Positions 20,280 through 29,284 of a stretch of 64,000 nt of DNA are shown here, piece by piece. The notes under the pieces were generated by a model. That model was given only the letters and a program-made list of their open reading frames with translations, did not search any database and was not told where the DNA came from. Position 1 is the first letter of the stretch, and the number at the start of each line of letters is the position of its first letter. A program made the translations under genes and the position numbers. Origin of the DNA: an uncultured Acidobacteriota bacterium (GTDB lineage: Bacteria; Acidobacteriota; Thermoanaerobaculia; Gp7-AA8); the NCBI GenBank assembly GCA_963741955.1, contig CAVUKB010000004.1, positions 320,001 to 384,000 of the forward strand. Reading direction: 5' to 3'.

Positions 20280-21347
20280 ATGAATCGTGATCGTGACCTC
20301 GTCGATCCGCGGATCGAACGGGCTTCGACCATTCCGTCGGAGTGGTACTTCGGCGCGGATCATCTGGAGCGCGAGGTCGATCGAGTCTTCTCCGCGACGT
20401 GGCAACTGGCCGGCCGGCTGGACCAGCTGGACGGCGAAGGCGCGTACTTCACGACGACCGTGGGTCGAGAGCCGGTGATCGTAGTCCGTGGCCGCGACCG
20501 GACCGTCCGCGCGCTCTCGAATGTCTGCCGGCACCGCGCCGGGCCGGTGACGCAGGGCGAAGGACAGCGTCTCGCATTCCGCTGCGGCTATCACGGCTGG
20601 AGCTACGGTCTCGACGGAGCCCTCCTCGCGACTCCGGATCTCGACGGCGTGGAGGGATTCCGGAAGGAAGATCACTGTCTGCCGTCCTTCCGCGTCGAGA
20701 CGTGGGGACCGCTCGTCTTCGTGAATCTCGATTTGGCCGCTGCGCCGCTCGCCGAGTTCATGGGCGACATCCACGAGCGGCTTGGAAATCGAGACCTGGC
20801 CCCCTACCGCTTCGTGGAGCGGAAGGAATGGACGATCGAGTGCAACTGGAAGGTCTACGTCGACAACTACCTCGAGGGATACCACATCCCGATCGTCCAC
20901 CCCGGCCTCATGGCGGAGCTCGACTACGCGAACTACCGCACCGAAACACGCGACTGGTACTCGATCCAGCACTCGCCGATCCGCAAGCCGAAGCACCTGC
21001 GCGTGGCGGCCGAGGGGGAGGAAGCGCAGTACTTCCGGATCTTCCCGAGCCTGATGCTGAACGTCTATCCGGACAACTACTCGACGAACCTCATCCTCCC
21101 GCTCGGCCCCGATCGCACGCTCACGATCTTCGACTGGTTCTTCACGGACCCCGACGCAGCGGAGACGAGGAAGAAACTCGAGGACACAGTCCGCTTCAGC
21201 GACGAGATCCAGATCGAGGACATCGGGATCTGCGAGAAGGTGCAGAAGGGCCTCCGGTCGCGGACCTACCGCCAGGGCCGCTATTCGCCGCGCCGCGAGA
21301 ACGGGGTCCATCACTTTCACCGGCTGCTGGCCGGCGCGATGAAGTGA
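20280..21347 (+). CDS. Rieske non-haem iron oxygenase alpha subunit (choline monooxygenase-like)
   Basis: CRH..CGYHGW Rieske motif, NWKVYVDNYLEGYHIPIVH, EDIGICEKVQKG. Confidence 0.92.
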   Translation: MNRDRDLVDPRIERASTIPSEWYFGADHLEREVDRVFSATWQLAGRLDQLDGEGAYFTTTVGREPVIVVRGRDRTVRALSNVCRHRAGPVTQGEGQRLAFRCGYHGWSYGLDGALLATPDLDGVEGFRKEDHCLPSFRVETWGPLVFVNLDLAAAPLAEFMGDIHERLGNRDLAPYRFVERKEWTIECNWKVYVDNYLEGYHIPIVHPGLMAELDYANYRTETRDWYSIQHSPIRKPKHLRVAAEGEEAQYFRIFPSLMLNVYPDNYSTNLILPLGPDRTLTIFDWFFTDPDAAETRKKLEDTVRFSDEIQIEDIGICEKVQKGLRSRTYRQGRYSPRRENGVHHFHRLLAGAMK

Positions 21348-21352
21348 AGGGG

Positions 21353-21376
21353 GAGCAGGCTGATAGCCTGCTCTTT
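21353..21376 (+). terminator. Possible intrinsic terminator
   Basis: gagcaggct-gat-agcctgctc followed by ttt just after the stop. Confidence 0.45.
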
Positions 21377-21412
21377 CATCGGGAGGGCGAAACGTTATCG
21401 GCGCGACTCGGT

Positions 21413-21600
21413 GTCGCCCCCTTACGGGGGCTCACAATTCCTTTCTGCGCTTGTTCCGACCCCCGCCTGACGGCGGGGGCTACACGAAGTTGCGCCCTTC
21501 GGGCTTCTCGAGCAGCTGTTCCGCGAAACCCGAATGACACTGGCGTTCCGATAGCCCGAAGGGCGATACCTCCGGGACATGGAGATTCGCCCTTCGGGCT
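21413..21600. repeat. Cluster of REP-like GC hairpins
   Basis: gccccc-ttac-gggggc, cccccgcc-tgac-ggcggggg, gccc-ttc-gggc, agcccgaagggcga..tcgcccttcgggct. Confidence 0.6.
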
Positions 21601-21732
21601 CGTCCGAGACAGGTTCATTTTCCCACTCCGGATCCTGAGACCGTCTTACTTCTCCGCCGGCGGGGGGGTAGGGTTTTCCCTCTCCCGGGCACTCCTCTGA
21701 TGAGCGGAGGGTCCGCTCGAGGAGGTGCAACC

Positions 21733-22086
21733 ATGGACGACCCGAGAAGGGAGAAACTCGGTTGGGCGAACGAGGAGGTCCTGCGCGGTGCGTACGGCAC
21801 TCTTCTCGAAGCGCGGGAAGTGATGATCGAATCGCTGGTGCGCCGTGGCTGCGACCGCGACAGCCGGGAGATCTTCGTCGATTCGCTGATCGTCGGCGTG
21901 GTGGGGCATCTGCACGAGGTGGCCAGCCGGATGGAGCTCTACGCGGGGAAAGTCGAGGCGGAGGGAGGTTTCGGCTCCTACGCCACGAATCTCTGCGATC
22001 AGATCGTCTCGATGGTGATCGAGCTCGATCCCACACTGCGGAGAGACGACGATGTCGCGAATCTCCTTCGCTTCCGGCGAGGGTGA
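21733..22086 (+). CDS. Small helical hypothetical protein
   Basis: GGAGGT RBS before ATG 21733; plausible composition. Confidence 0.6.
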   Translation: MDDPRREKLGWANEEVLRGAYGTLLEAREVMIESLVRRGCDRDSREIFVDSLIVGVVGHLHEVASRMELYAGKVEAEGGFGSYATNLCDQIVSMVIELDPTLRRDDDVANLLRFRRG

Positions 22087-22117
22087 CGTCGCACGCCCGT
22101 GCGGACGTCGTCCGGTC

Positions 22118-22792
22118 TCACGAAGCCGGGCTGACGGCACTCCTGCAGTAGCGGCAGAATTCCGCGGCGGTCAGGATCATGGAGCCGCAGGCTGGACACT
22201 CCCGCTGGGGACGTCCGAATGGATCGGGTGCGGAGCCCATCTCCTCCGGCGTCGCGTAGAGATTCATCGCTGTTGCGGATTGCGCCGGCGCTTCCGCAAC
22301 GTCGCCGAATGTGTTCGTCACCCGCACGGAAACTGTCCAGTACAGAAACCAGATCACGGAAAAGAAGAAGAGGCGAACATTCTGAACGATCGCCCCGTGC
22401 ACCGCCGCGTCCACCGCGGGCCAGGCTCTCTCCGGCAGGAGCCGGTGGAAGTCGCCCAGCACGACCTTCGACGCGCCGACGTCGATGATCGCGTAGAGGA
22501 TGAGAAGAGCGAGGTAGGCCTTCCAGAACAGCGGTGCGCCGGGAGCGCGGCGAAACGTGAGAGCGATCCCGATGATCGGGAGAATGATCTGCCCGATGTG
22601 CATCAGCGCTTCCAGCGTGAGGAGGGTATGAAGGTACGAGATCCGGGCGCTGAATCTCCACGCTTCCCCTGAGAACTCCGAGAGTAGGCTCTTCATCCCG
22701 GCGAGCGCGATGGTCACCGTGAGCCCCTGGCCGATCACGAACAGCATCATCCATCCTGCCACGCCTGAAGGTTGCCTGGTTCCCGTTTCCAT
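22118..22792 (-). CDS. DUF2569-like membrane protein with C-terminal zinc ribbon
   Basis: GVAGWMML, 4 TM helices, WFLYWTVSVRVTNTF, CPAC..CRYC. Confidence 0.75.
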   Translation of the reverse strand: METGTRQPSGVAGWMMLFVIGQGLTVTIALAGMKSLLSEFSGEAWRFSARISYLHTLLTLEALMHIGQIILPIIGIALTFRRAPGAPLFWKAYLALLILYAIIDVGASKVVLGDFHRLLPERAWPAVDAAVHGAIVQNVRLFFFSVIWFLYWTVSVRVTNTFGDVAEAPAQSATAMNLYATPEEMGSAPDPFGRPQRECPACGSMILTAAEFCRYCRSAVSPAS

Positions 22793-23012
22793 GGCTCCTC
22801 CGTCGGAACGGACTCCGTCCCGTCACTCTGGTCTGAAAGGAATGTCCGATTGTACCTCGGCGGAGCGACGGTCGAAAATCTCCCGTCCTGAACGGGGGTC
22901 GAAGCGATCGGGGTGCACTCGACGCACGAAAGCTGCAACTCCGCTCAGCGTCGCGTGTGAGCGCAAGCCATGAGGCTCGCGCCCACGCAATCCACACTCG
23001 CGCGAACGGCGA

Positions 23013-24671
23013 TCACGCCTGGCGCAGAAACGCGTCCTCTGGGATCGCCGCATGCGGAGCGAACGCCGGCGCGCGGCGCGCTTTCGTCGCCTGTTCGAAC
23101 GCGTACGCGTAGCGGATCAGCTGCGGCTCGGTCCAGGCCGTCCCGATGAAGGAGATGCCGACGGGCAACCCGAGGACGAATCCTCCCGGAACAGTGACGG
23201 TCGGATACCCCGCGACGGCCGCGGGCGACGAGCTGCTGCCGGAGAATGAATCGCCGTTGACCAGGTCGATGAGGTGCGCGGGGCCGTTGGTGAGCGCAAC
23301 GATCGCGTCGAGCTTGTTCGCCTTCAGTGTCGCGTCGATCCCTTTGGTGCGGGAGAGCTCGAGGTCCTTCGCCAGCGCGTCCTTGTACTCCTTACTGTCG
23401 AGACCTCCCTTCTTCTCCGCCATCAGGAGGATCTCCTGACCGAAGTAAGGCATCTCCTGCGCAGGATGTGCCTTGTCGTACTCGATCAGATCCGCGAGGC
23501 TCCTGACCGGTGCCGCGGCGCCGAGGGATGCGAGGTACGCATTGAGATCGGCTTTGAACTCGTAGAGGAGAACTTCGAACTCCGAGTCGTCGAACTGGCC
23601 GAGCGTCGCCATCTCGACCGGATCGACGATCACCGCGCCGCGGTCGCGCATCGCGTCGACGGCGGCGTTCAGAATCGGATCGAGCTTCGGCTCGAAGTGG
23701 AGCTTGTCGGAGCGGAGGATTCCGATCCGTGCTCCGCGGAGGCCATCGACGTCGAGATATTTCGTGTAATCAGTGGAGACGTGACCCTTGCTGTCGGCGG
23801 TAGCGGAATCGCGCGGGTCGACGCCGGTCAGGACCGACAGGAGTGCCGCGGCGTCGGCGACGGAGCGGGCGATCGGCCCCGCGGTGTCCTGGCTGTGGGC
23901 GATGGGGATGATCCCGGCGCGGCTGAGAAGCCCCAGAGTCGGCTTGATGCCGACGACTCCACAGCATGAGGAGGGAGAGACGATGGAGCCGTCGGTCTCC
24001 GTTCCGATCGCGGCGGCGCAGAAGCTCGCGGCGGCCGCGGACGCGGAGCCCGAGCTGGAGCCGGAGGTCGAGCGGTCGAGCGCATGAGGATTCCGGCTCT
24101 GGCCTCCGCGGCCGCTCCATCCCGACGAGGAGTGGGTGGAGCGGAAGTTCGCCCACTCGCTGAGGTTCGTCTTGCCGAGGATGACCGCGCCGGCGCGGCG
24201 GAGCTGCGCGGCGATGAAGGCGTCGCGCGGCGCGATCGAGCCGGCGAGCGCGAACGAGCCGGCGGTGGTCTGCATCCGGTCGGCGGTATCGATATTGTCC
24301 TTGATCAGGATCGGGACGCCGTGGAGTGGTCCGCGCGGCCCGCTCTTCTTCCGTTCCGCGTCGAGCTGCTCCGCGATCGCGATCGCGTCGGGGTTGAGCT
24401 CGAGAACTGCATTGATCGCCGGGCCGCGCTGGTCGAGACGGTCGATGCGCGCGAGATACGCGGCGACGAGATCGCGTGCGGTGAAATGCCCCGCAGTCAT
24501 GCCGGCCTGCAGATCGGCGATGGAGGCCTCCTCGATCGGGACCGCGCTCTCGGCAGCGGCCGGAACCTGGCTGGCCAGAAGGGAGCGCCATGGAGTGAGG
24601 GAGGCGACCGCGGTCGCGGTGACCGCTCCGGTGAGAACGTCGCGCCGGGTGAGCTTCTTCGAGTCGGACAT
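23013..24671 (-). CDS. Amidase-signature family enzyme with Tat signal
   Basis: LTRRDVL twin-arginine motif, GVPILIKDN, GKTNLSEWA, SGSSSGS, GTETDGSI. Confidence 0.95.
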   Translation of the reverse strand: MSDSKKLTRRDVLTGAVTATAVASLTPWRSLLASQVPAAAESAVPIEEASIADLQAGMTAGHFTARDLVAAYLARIDRLDQRGPAINAVLELNPDAIAIAEQLDAERKKSGPRGPLHGVPILIKDNIDTADRMQTTAGSFALAGSIAPRDAFIAAQLRRAGAVILGKTNLSEWANFRSTHSSSGWSGRGGQSRNPHALDRSTSGSSSGSASAAAASFCAAAIGTETDGSIVSPSSCCGVVGIKPTLGLLSRAGIIPIAHSQDTAGPIARSVADAAALLSVLTGVDPRDSATADSKGHVSTDYTKYLDVDGLRGARIGILRSDKLHFEPKLDPILNAAVDAMRDRGAVIVDPVEMATLGQFDDSEFEVLLYEFKADLNAYLASLGAAAPVRSLADLIEYDKAHPAQEMPYFGQEILLMAEKKGGLDSKEYKDALAKDLELSRTKGIDATLKANKLDAIVALTNGPAHLIDLVNGDSFSGSSSSPAAVAGYPTVTVPGGFVLGLPVGISFIGTAWTEPQLIRYAYAFEQATKARRAPAFAPHAAIPEDAFLRQA

Positions 24672-24709
24672 GAGGACCCTCCTGCGGGGAGAGAGTATCA
24701 GAGGGAAGC

Positions 24710-24852
24710 GGCGAGGGGCGAGGGACGAGAGGCGAGAGGCGAGAGGCGAGAGGCGAGAGGCGAGAGGCGAGGGGCGAGGGGCGAGGGAAGTCAGACGGGG
24801 CCGACAGGTCGGACAGGTCAGACAGGTCAGACAGGTCAGACAGGTCAGACGG
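24710..24852. repeat. Heptamer (ggcgaga)n microsatellite followed by nonamer (gacaggtca)n
   Basis: About 10 degenerate 7-mers then about 5 9-mers, directly upstream of the amidase. Confidence 0.9.
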
Positions 24853-24986
24853 GTCGATGCCGAGGGGCGGCACGGCTTCTGCCGTGCCGGTGCGCGGAGC
24901 GCACGATCATCGCGCTCGCGACGTCAGGCCAGAAGTCCCGACTCGCCGCTGCACGATTCGACGGATCCTTCCCTCGTCTTCACCCT

Positions 24987-25640
24987 TCACCCTTCACTCT
25001 TCTCTCGCCTCTCTCCCAGCATCCCCTCCAGAATCGCCGCCGCCTCGCGCGCACGGTTCTTCTGGAGCACCACGATCACTACCCGCCGCACACTCGACGA
25101 GCTCTCGCGCAGCGCGGCGATGATGGCGGCGAGTGAGACCTCGAACGGGAGTGCGGCGTGACCGGCTCCGAACGGAGGCATCGCCACGCTCTCACAACCC
25201 GCACGTTCGGCGGCGGCGAGCGCGTTCGTCACACAGAGACGGACGATCTCAGGAGAGGAGTGGTGGGAGTGGTCGCTGGCGATGCAGTGGATGAGCGCCT
25301 TGTAGTCGAGCATACCCGCGCTGGTGACGTGCGCGGATCCGGGAAGAAGCTCTTCCCGGCCGGTGCGCTCACGTTCGGCCGCGATGATCGCTTCGCACTC
25401 CCGTTTCATTCCGAAGCCGGCGCGGTCGCGGACTGCGCCGCCGGTGCCCGCCATCAGCGAGAGGCGCGGGTTGGTCGAAGTGCAGATCGCGTCCGCGGGA
25501 GCGTTGGTGATCTCTCCGGTGAAGAGGACGATCTCGAGACTCCGTCCCGACGCCGTGGCGATGTGCCACGAAGGGAGCTCGGATTCGGGTTTCTTCTGCT
25601 GGCCGAGGAGGCGGGAGAGGAAGGTCATGGGCGGGGACAT
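24987..25640 (-). CDS. Macro domain (Appr-1-p/ADP-ribose binding) protein
   Basis: GEITNAPADAICTSTNPRLSLMAGTGGAV, AHVTSAG, VAMPPFGAG. Confidence 0.88.
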   Translation of the reverse strand: MSPPMTFLSRLLGQQKKPESELPSWHIATASGRSLEIVLFTGEITNAPADAICTSTNPRLSLMAGTGGAVRDRAGFGMKRECEAIIAAERERTGREELLPGSAHVTSAGMLDYKALIHCIASDHSHHSSPEIVRLCVTNALAAAERAGCESVAMPPFGAGHAALPFEVSLAAIIAALRESSSSVRRVVIVVLQKNRAREAAAILEGMLGERREKSEG

Positions 25641-25674
25641 TGTCCGACAGGAGCGGCGGCTCCGACAAGCCGCA

Positions 25675-26385
25675 CTACCGCAGAATCCTCCCCAGAACGA
25701 GCGCCACCGCCGTCTCCACGCGCAGCACGCGCGGGCCGAGCGTCACCGGCGTGAAGCCGGCGGCCTCGAACAGACGGATCTCGTTCTCGATGAATCCGCC
25801 GTCGGGCCCGATCGCCAGAGTCACCGGACCTTCGACCGCGTGAGGCGCATTCTCCGTCGCATAGGGATGCGCGATGAGTGCGCGCGTGCCGCGAGCGATC
25901 GACGGCAGCTCATCCTCGGCGAACGGCCGGAAATGCTTCCGCATCTCGATCACCGGGAGAACGGTGTCCTTGGCCTGCTCGAGCCCGAGCACGATCTGTT
26001 CGAACAGCGACGCTTCCGCGAGACGCGGGCTTTCCCAGAAGCTCTTCTCCACTCTCCACGAGTCGATGAGAAAGAGGCGTTTCACTCCGATCGACGTCAC
26101 CGAGGCGACGATGCGGCTCAGCGCCTTCGGCCGCGGGAGGGCGAGGACGAGAGTGATCGGAGGAGGGGAGGGAGGATCGGAGTCGAGCTCCAGTCGCATC
26201 TCGATCGCGTCCGCTCCGGCGCGGACCACGGTCCCGCGTCCGACCTTTCCTCCCGCGACGCCGGCGAGAAGCACGTCGCCTTCGACCGCGCGGTGCACTT
26301 CGAGGAGGTGGTCGCGCCGCCGTCCGGTGAGGAGGACCGTGTCGGGCCCGGTGAAGTCTCCGGGGAAGAGGAGGATCATGTTCAT
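25675..26385 (-). CDS. rsmE: 16S rRNA m3U1498 methyltransferase
   Basis: LALPRPK, RVEKSFW, LEQAKDT, AIGPDGGF, LGPRVLRVETA. Confidence 0.9.
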   Translation of the reverse strand: MNMILLFPGDFTGPDTVLLTGRRRDHLLEVHRAVEGDVLLAGVAGGKVGRGTVVRAGADAIEMRLELDSDPPSPPPITLVLALPRPKALSRIVASVTSIGVKRLFLIDSWRVEKSFWESPRLAEASLFEQIVLGLEQAKDTVLPVIEMRKHFRPFAEDELPSIARGTRALIAHPYATENAPHAVEGPVTLAIGPDGGFIENEIRLFEAAGFTPVTLGPRVLRVETAVALVLGRILR

Positions 26386-26449
26386 CGGCCTGACTCCGTC
26401 TCGCGCTCGTGTATCGGGGGATTGTAAATGTCCTGGGGAGATTCCGTAG

Positions 26450-26626
26450 CCCGCATTTCTCACACCGTCTCGTCGCGAGGAGGCGGAGAGTGGCTTGGAT
26501 GCAAGGCGCGCCCGGCTTCGGCAACGAAGGCATAGTGGTGACTATGTCGAGGAGCCGAAGCCGGGCGCAACGCAGCAGACAGGCCGCTATCCGTCTCCGC
26601 AGCAGAGATGGTGTGAGAAATGCGGG
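26450..26626 (+). mobile_element. 177-bp MITE-like element, copy 1
   Basis: TIRs cccgcatttctcacacc / ggtgtgagaaatgcggg; TAG on both flanks; no ORF; second copy at 37872. Confidence 0.85.
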
Positions 26627-26681
26627 GTAGGGTCATCCCGGCGACCGAAAACCTCGGTCCCCCTTTACCGTAATACCCCCA

Positions 26682-26739
26682 TAGCCCGGAGTTCTCACAG
26701 CGTCTCCGCAGCAGAGACGATGTGAGAAATGCGGGCTAG
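26682..26739. mobile_element. Miniature MITE copy
   Basis: tagcccggagttctcaca..tgtgagaaatgcgggctag. Confidence 0.7.
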
Positions 26740-26752
26740 AATGGCTTCCATC

Positions 26753-29284
26753 ATGTCGGCTCAGGTCCCCCCGCGTGCGTCGGTCGCGTCTTTCCTCGCG
26801 TTCGGGCTTACGGCGTTTCTTCTCGCGGCACTTTCGATCGTCGACATGTATCTTCCCCGCCCGTATGACGGAGTCATTCTCGATCCCGGAACGGACGGCC
26901 GGGTCAGAGTCCAGCAGGTCGTCCCCGGCTCCGGCGCGGCGCGCGCGGGACTCCACTCCGGCGACGTGGTGGTGGGAATCGCCCGCACCATCCTCCGTTC
27001 CTCCGGACACGCGGCGAGCCTTCTCAATCAGCACGAGATCGGCGAACGCGTTCCGTACCTGATCCGCACCGGCGCGGACCAGTTGAAGGAAGTGAGCGTG
27101 GAGCTCGGCCGCCGCCGCGTAGGCGACACGGCGTACCTCTACGCCTGCATCCTCGGGTTCAGCTTCTTCTTCATCGGCCTGTTCGTGCTCCTCAACCAAC
27201 CGCAGCTCGCGTCGAGCCGCCTTTTCTTCATCCTCTGCGCCCTCTTCCTCCTCTTTCTCGTCTGCCGCATGCGTCCCGCTTCGTACTCGTGGGTCGATGT
27301 CTTCGTGCTGACCACCGGGACCGCGGCGCTGCTGTTTCTCCCTCCCGCATTCCTCCACTTTTTCCTGATCTTCCCGCATCCGATCTGGAGCGGAAGGTCG
27401 GGTCACATGCAGTGGCTCGGCAACCCGAAGCTCCGGAACGCATTTCTCGCAGTGGTGTACGCGATCCCTCTGGTGGTCTTCTGGGCGGCGGCATTCGGAG
27501 CGGCGCACTACGGGATGCGCTTCGCGTCGATCAGCGGTACACCGTCGCCGAACTGGTGGGTGCTGGCGTCGGCGATTCTTCTCGGGCTGATCGCGCTGGG
27601 AGTCAATTCGCGCCGCCTGACGAACCCGCGGGAAAAGCGCGGAGCGTTGATCGTGCTGGTCGGATCGCTCCTCGGCCTGGTGCCGTTCGTCGTCCTTTCC
27701 GTCGCGTTCTCGTCGTTTCTCCACACCGACCAGTTCATCTTCTACGGAATCGTTCCGCTGATCCTGGTCCCTCTCACCTTCACGTACGGGATCGTCCGCT
27801 TTCAGCTGCTCGACGTGAAGTTCATTCTCCGACGGAGTCTCCTGTACACCCTGACGACTGCAGGCGTGACCCTCTTCTACGCCGTCGGCATCGCGACGTT
27901 CAATGGGATGACGCGGGGGAGCGAGCTCGCGACCTCACCGTACTTCCCCATCGTCTTCGCCCTGACCATCGCTCTGCTGTTCGAGCCGGTGCGGCGACTG
28001 GTGCAGATTCCGATCGACCGCTTCTTCTTCGCCCGCCGATCGAAGCTCCAGGCGGCGATGGTGGAGATGGGTGAAGCGTTCACCGCGGAGGCAGACCCGG
28101 GAGCGGTGGTCTCCGAGCTGGTCAACCGGCTTCCCCAGCTCCTCGAGCTCGGCTACGCCGCGCTCTACCTGATGAGACACGGAGAGCTGGAGAGGATCGC
28201 CGGACCGGCATCGCTTCCTTCGACGCTGCCGTATCTCGCCGAATTGCACGACTACCTTCGCGCGCAACGCTCGCTCACCCGGGTGGACTCTCTCGGCGGA
28301 GTGCGTCTCGACTCGGCGGCGGCGGATGCGCTGATTGCGACTCTCGAGCGCGCCGGTGCCGAAGTCCTCGGCGAGCTCTCCTCCCGCCGGAGAGTGATCG
28401 GCCTGGTCGTGCTCGCGGGTAAAGAAGGACGGCTTCCACTCGACACCGACGAACTGAAGCTGCTGCGCGGCCTGTTCCATCAGGCGGCGATCGCACTGGA
28501 GACCGCGGTCCTTCTCGACGAGCGCGCGCGGCAGGCGGAGCTCGAGCGCGAGATGGAGATCGCCGCGGCGATCCAGTCCTCCCTCCTTCCCGCCAGTCTG
28601 CACCTTGGCGACGGATGGGAGGTCGCCGCGGTCTGCCGCCCGGCGCGGCAGGTGGGCGGCGACTTCTACGCCGAGCTCCCGGGTCCCCTTCCCGCGACCC
28701 GCGCCGTGGTCTACGGTGACGTGTCGGGGAAATCGGTCTCCGGTGCGCTGATGATGATGGCCGCGAAGGAAGCGCTCCATTCGCTCGCGTCGGTGCACTC
28801 CGATCCGGAGCTGCTGTTTCACCAGGCGAACGGACGCCTCTACGAGCTCGGCAACCGAAGCTTCGTCGCGCTGGGATACTTCGCGTGCAGCGAGGCTGCC
28901 GATCGACTCGGATACGTGATCGCCGGACAGCCGCAACCACTGAAACGCTGCGTGGACGGAAGCATCGAAGAGCTTCCTCTCGCCGAGCATCGGCTTCCGC
29001 TCGGTGCGATGATTCAGGACGGCTATCGCTGTCTGGAGACGTCTCTCTTCCCGGGCGAGATCATCGTCGCGTATTCGGACGGCGTCTCGGAGGCGCAGTC
29101 GCAGGGGGGCGAGACATTCGGGAGCGAGCGGATCGCGGACGTGCTCCGCTCGGGAGGGAGTGATCCGCAGGACGTCCTGGAGCGGCTCCTCCGGGAGCTC
29201 GACACGTTCAGCGGCGGGAGCGTTCCGTACGACGACGTGACGCTTCTGGTGATCGGACGCCGCAAGGAGAGTTCAGATGCGTAG
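26753..29284 (+). CDS. Membrane PP2C/SpoIIE (RsbU-like) phosphatase with PDZ, multi-TM and GAF-like regions
   Basis: VVPGSGAARAGLHSGDVVV (PDZ), about 8 TM helices, IQSSLLP, VGGDFY, GDVSGK, YSDGVSE, DDVTL. Confidence 0.9.
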   Translation: MSAQVPPRASVASFLAFGLTAFLLAALSIVDMYLPRPYDGVILDPGTDGRVRVQQVVPGSGAARAGLHSGDVVVGIARTILRSSGHAASLLNQHEIGERVPYLIRTGADQLKEVSVELGRRRVGDTAYLYACILGFSFFFIGLFVLLNQPQLASSRLFFILCALFLLFLVCRMRPASYSWVDVFVLTTGTAALLFLPPAFLHFFLIFPHPIWSGRSGHMQWLGNPKLRNAFLAVVYAIPLVVFWAAAFGAAHYGMRFASISGTPSPNWWVLASAILLGLIALGVNSRRLTNPREKRGALIVLVGSLLGLVPFVVLSVAFSSFLHTDQFIFYGIVPLILVPLTFTYGIVRFQLLDVKFILRRSLLYTLTTAGVTLFYAVGIATFNGMTRGSELATSPYFPIVFALTIALLFEPVRRLVQIPIDRFFFARRSKLQAAMVEMGEAFTAEADPGAVVSELVNRLPQLLELGYAALYLMRHGELERIAGPASLPSTLPYLAELHDYLRAQRSLTRVDSLGGVRLDSAAADALIATLERAGAEVLGELSSRRRVIGLVVLAGKEGRLPLDTDELKLLRGLFHQAAIALETAVLLDERARQAELEREMEIAAAIQSSLLPASLHLGDGWEVAAVCRPARQVGGDFYAELPGPLPATRAVVYGDVSGKSVSGALMMMAAKEALHSLASVHSDPELLFHQANGRLYELGNRSFVALGYFACSEAADRLGYVIAGQPQPLKRCVDGSIEELPLAEHRLPLGAMIQDGYRCLETSLFPGEIIVAYSDGVSEAQSQGGETFGSERIADVLRSGGSDPQDVLERLLRELDTFSGGSVPYDDVTLLVIGRRKESSDA

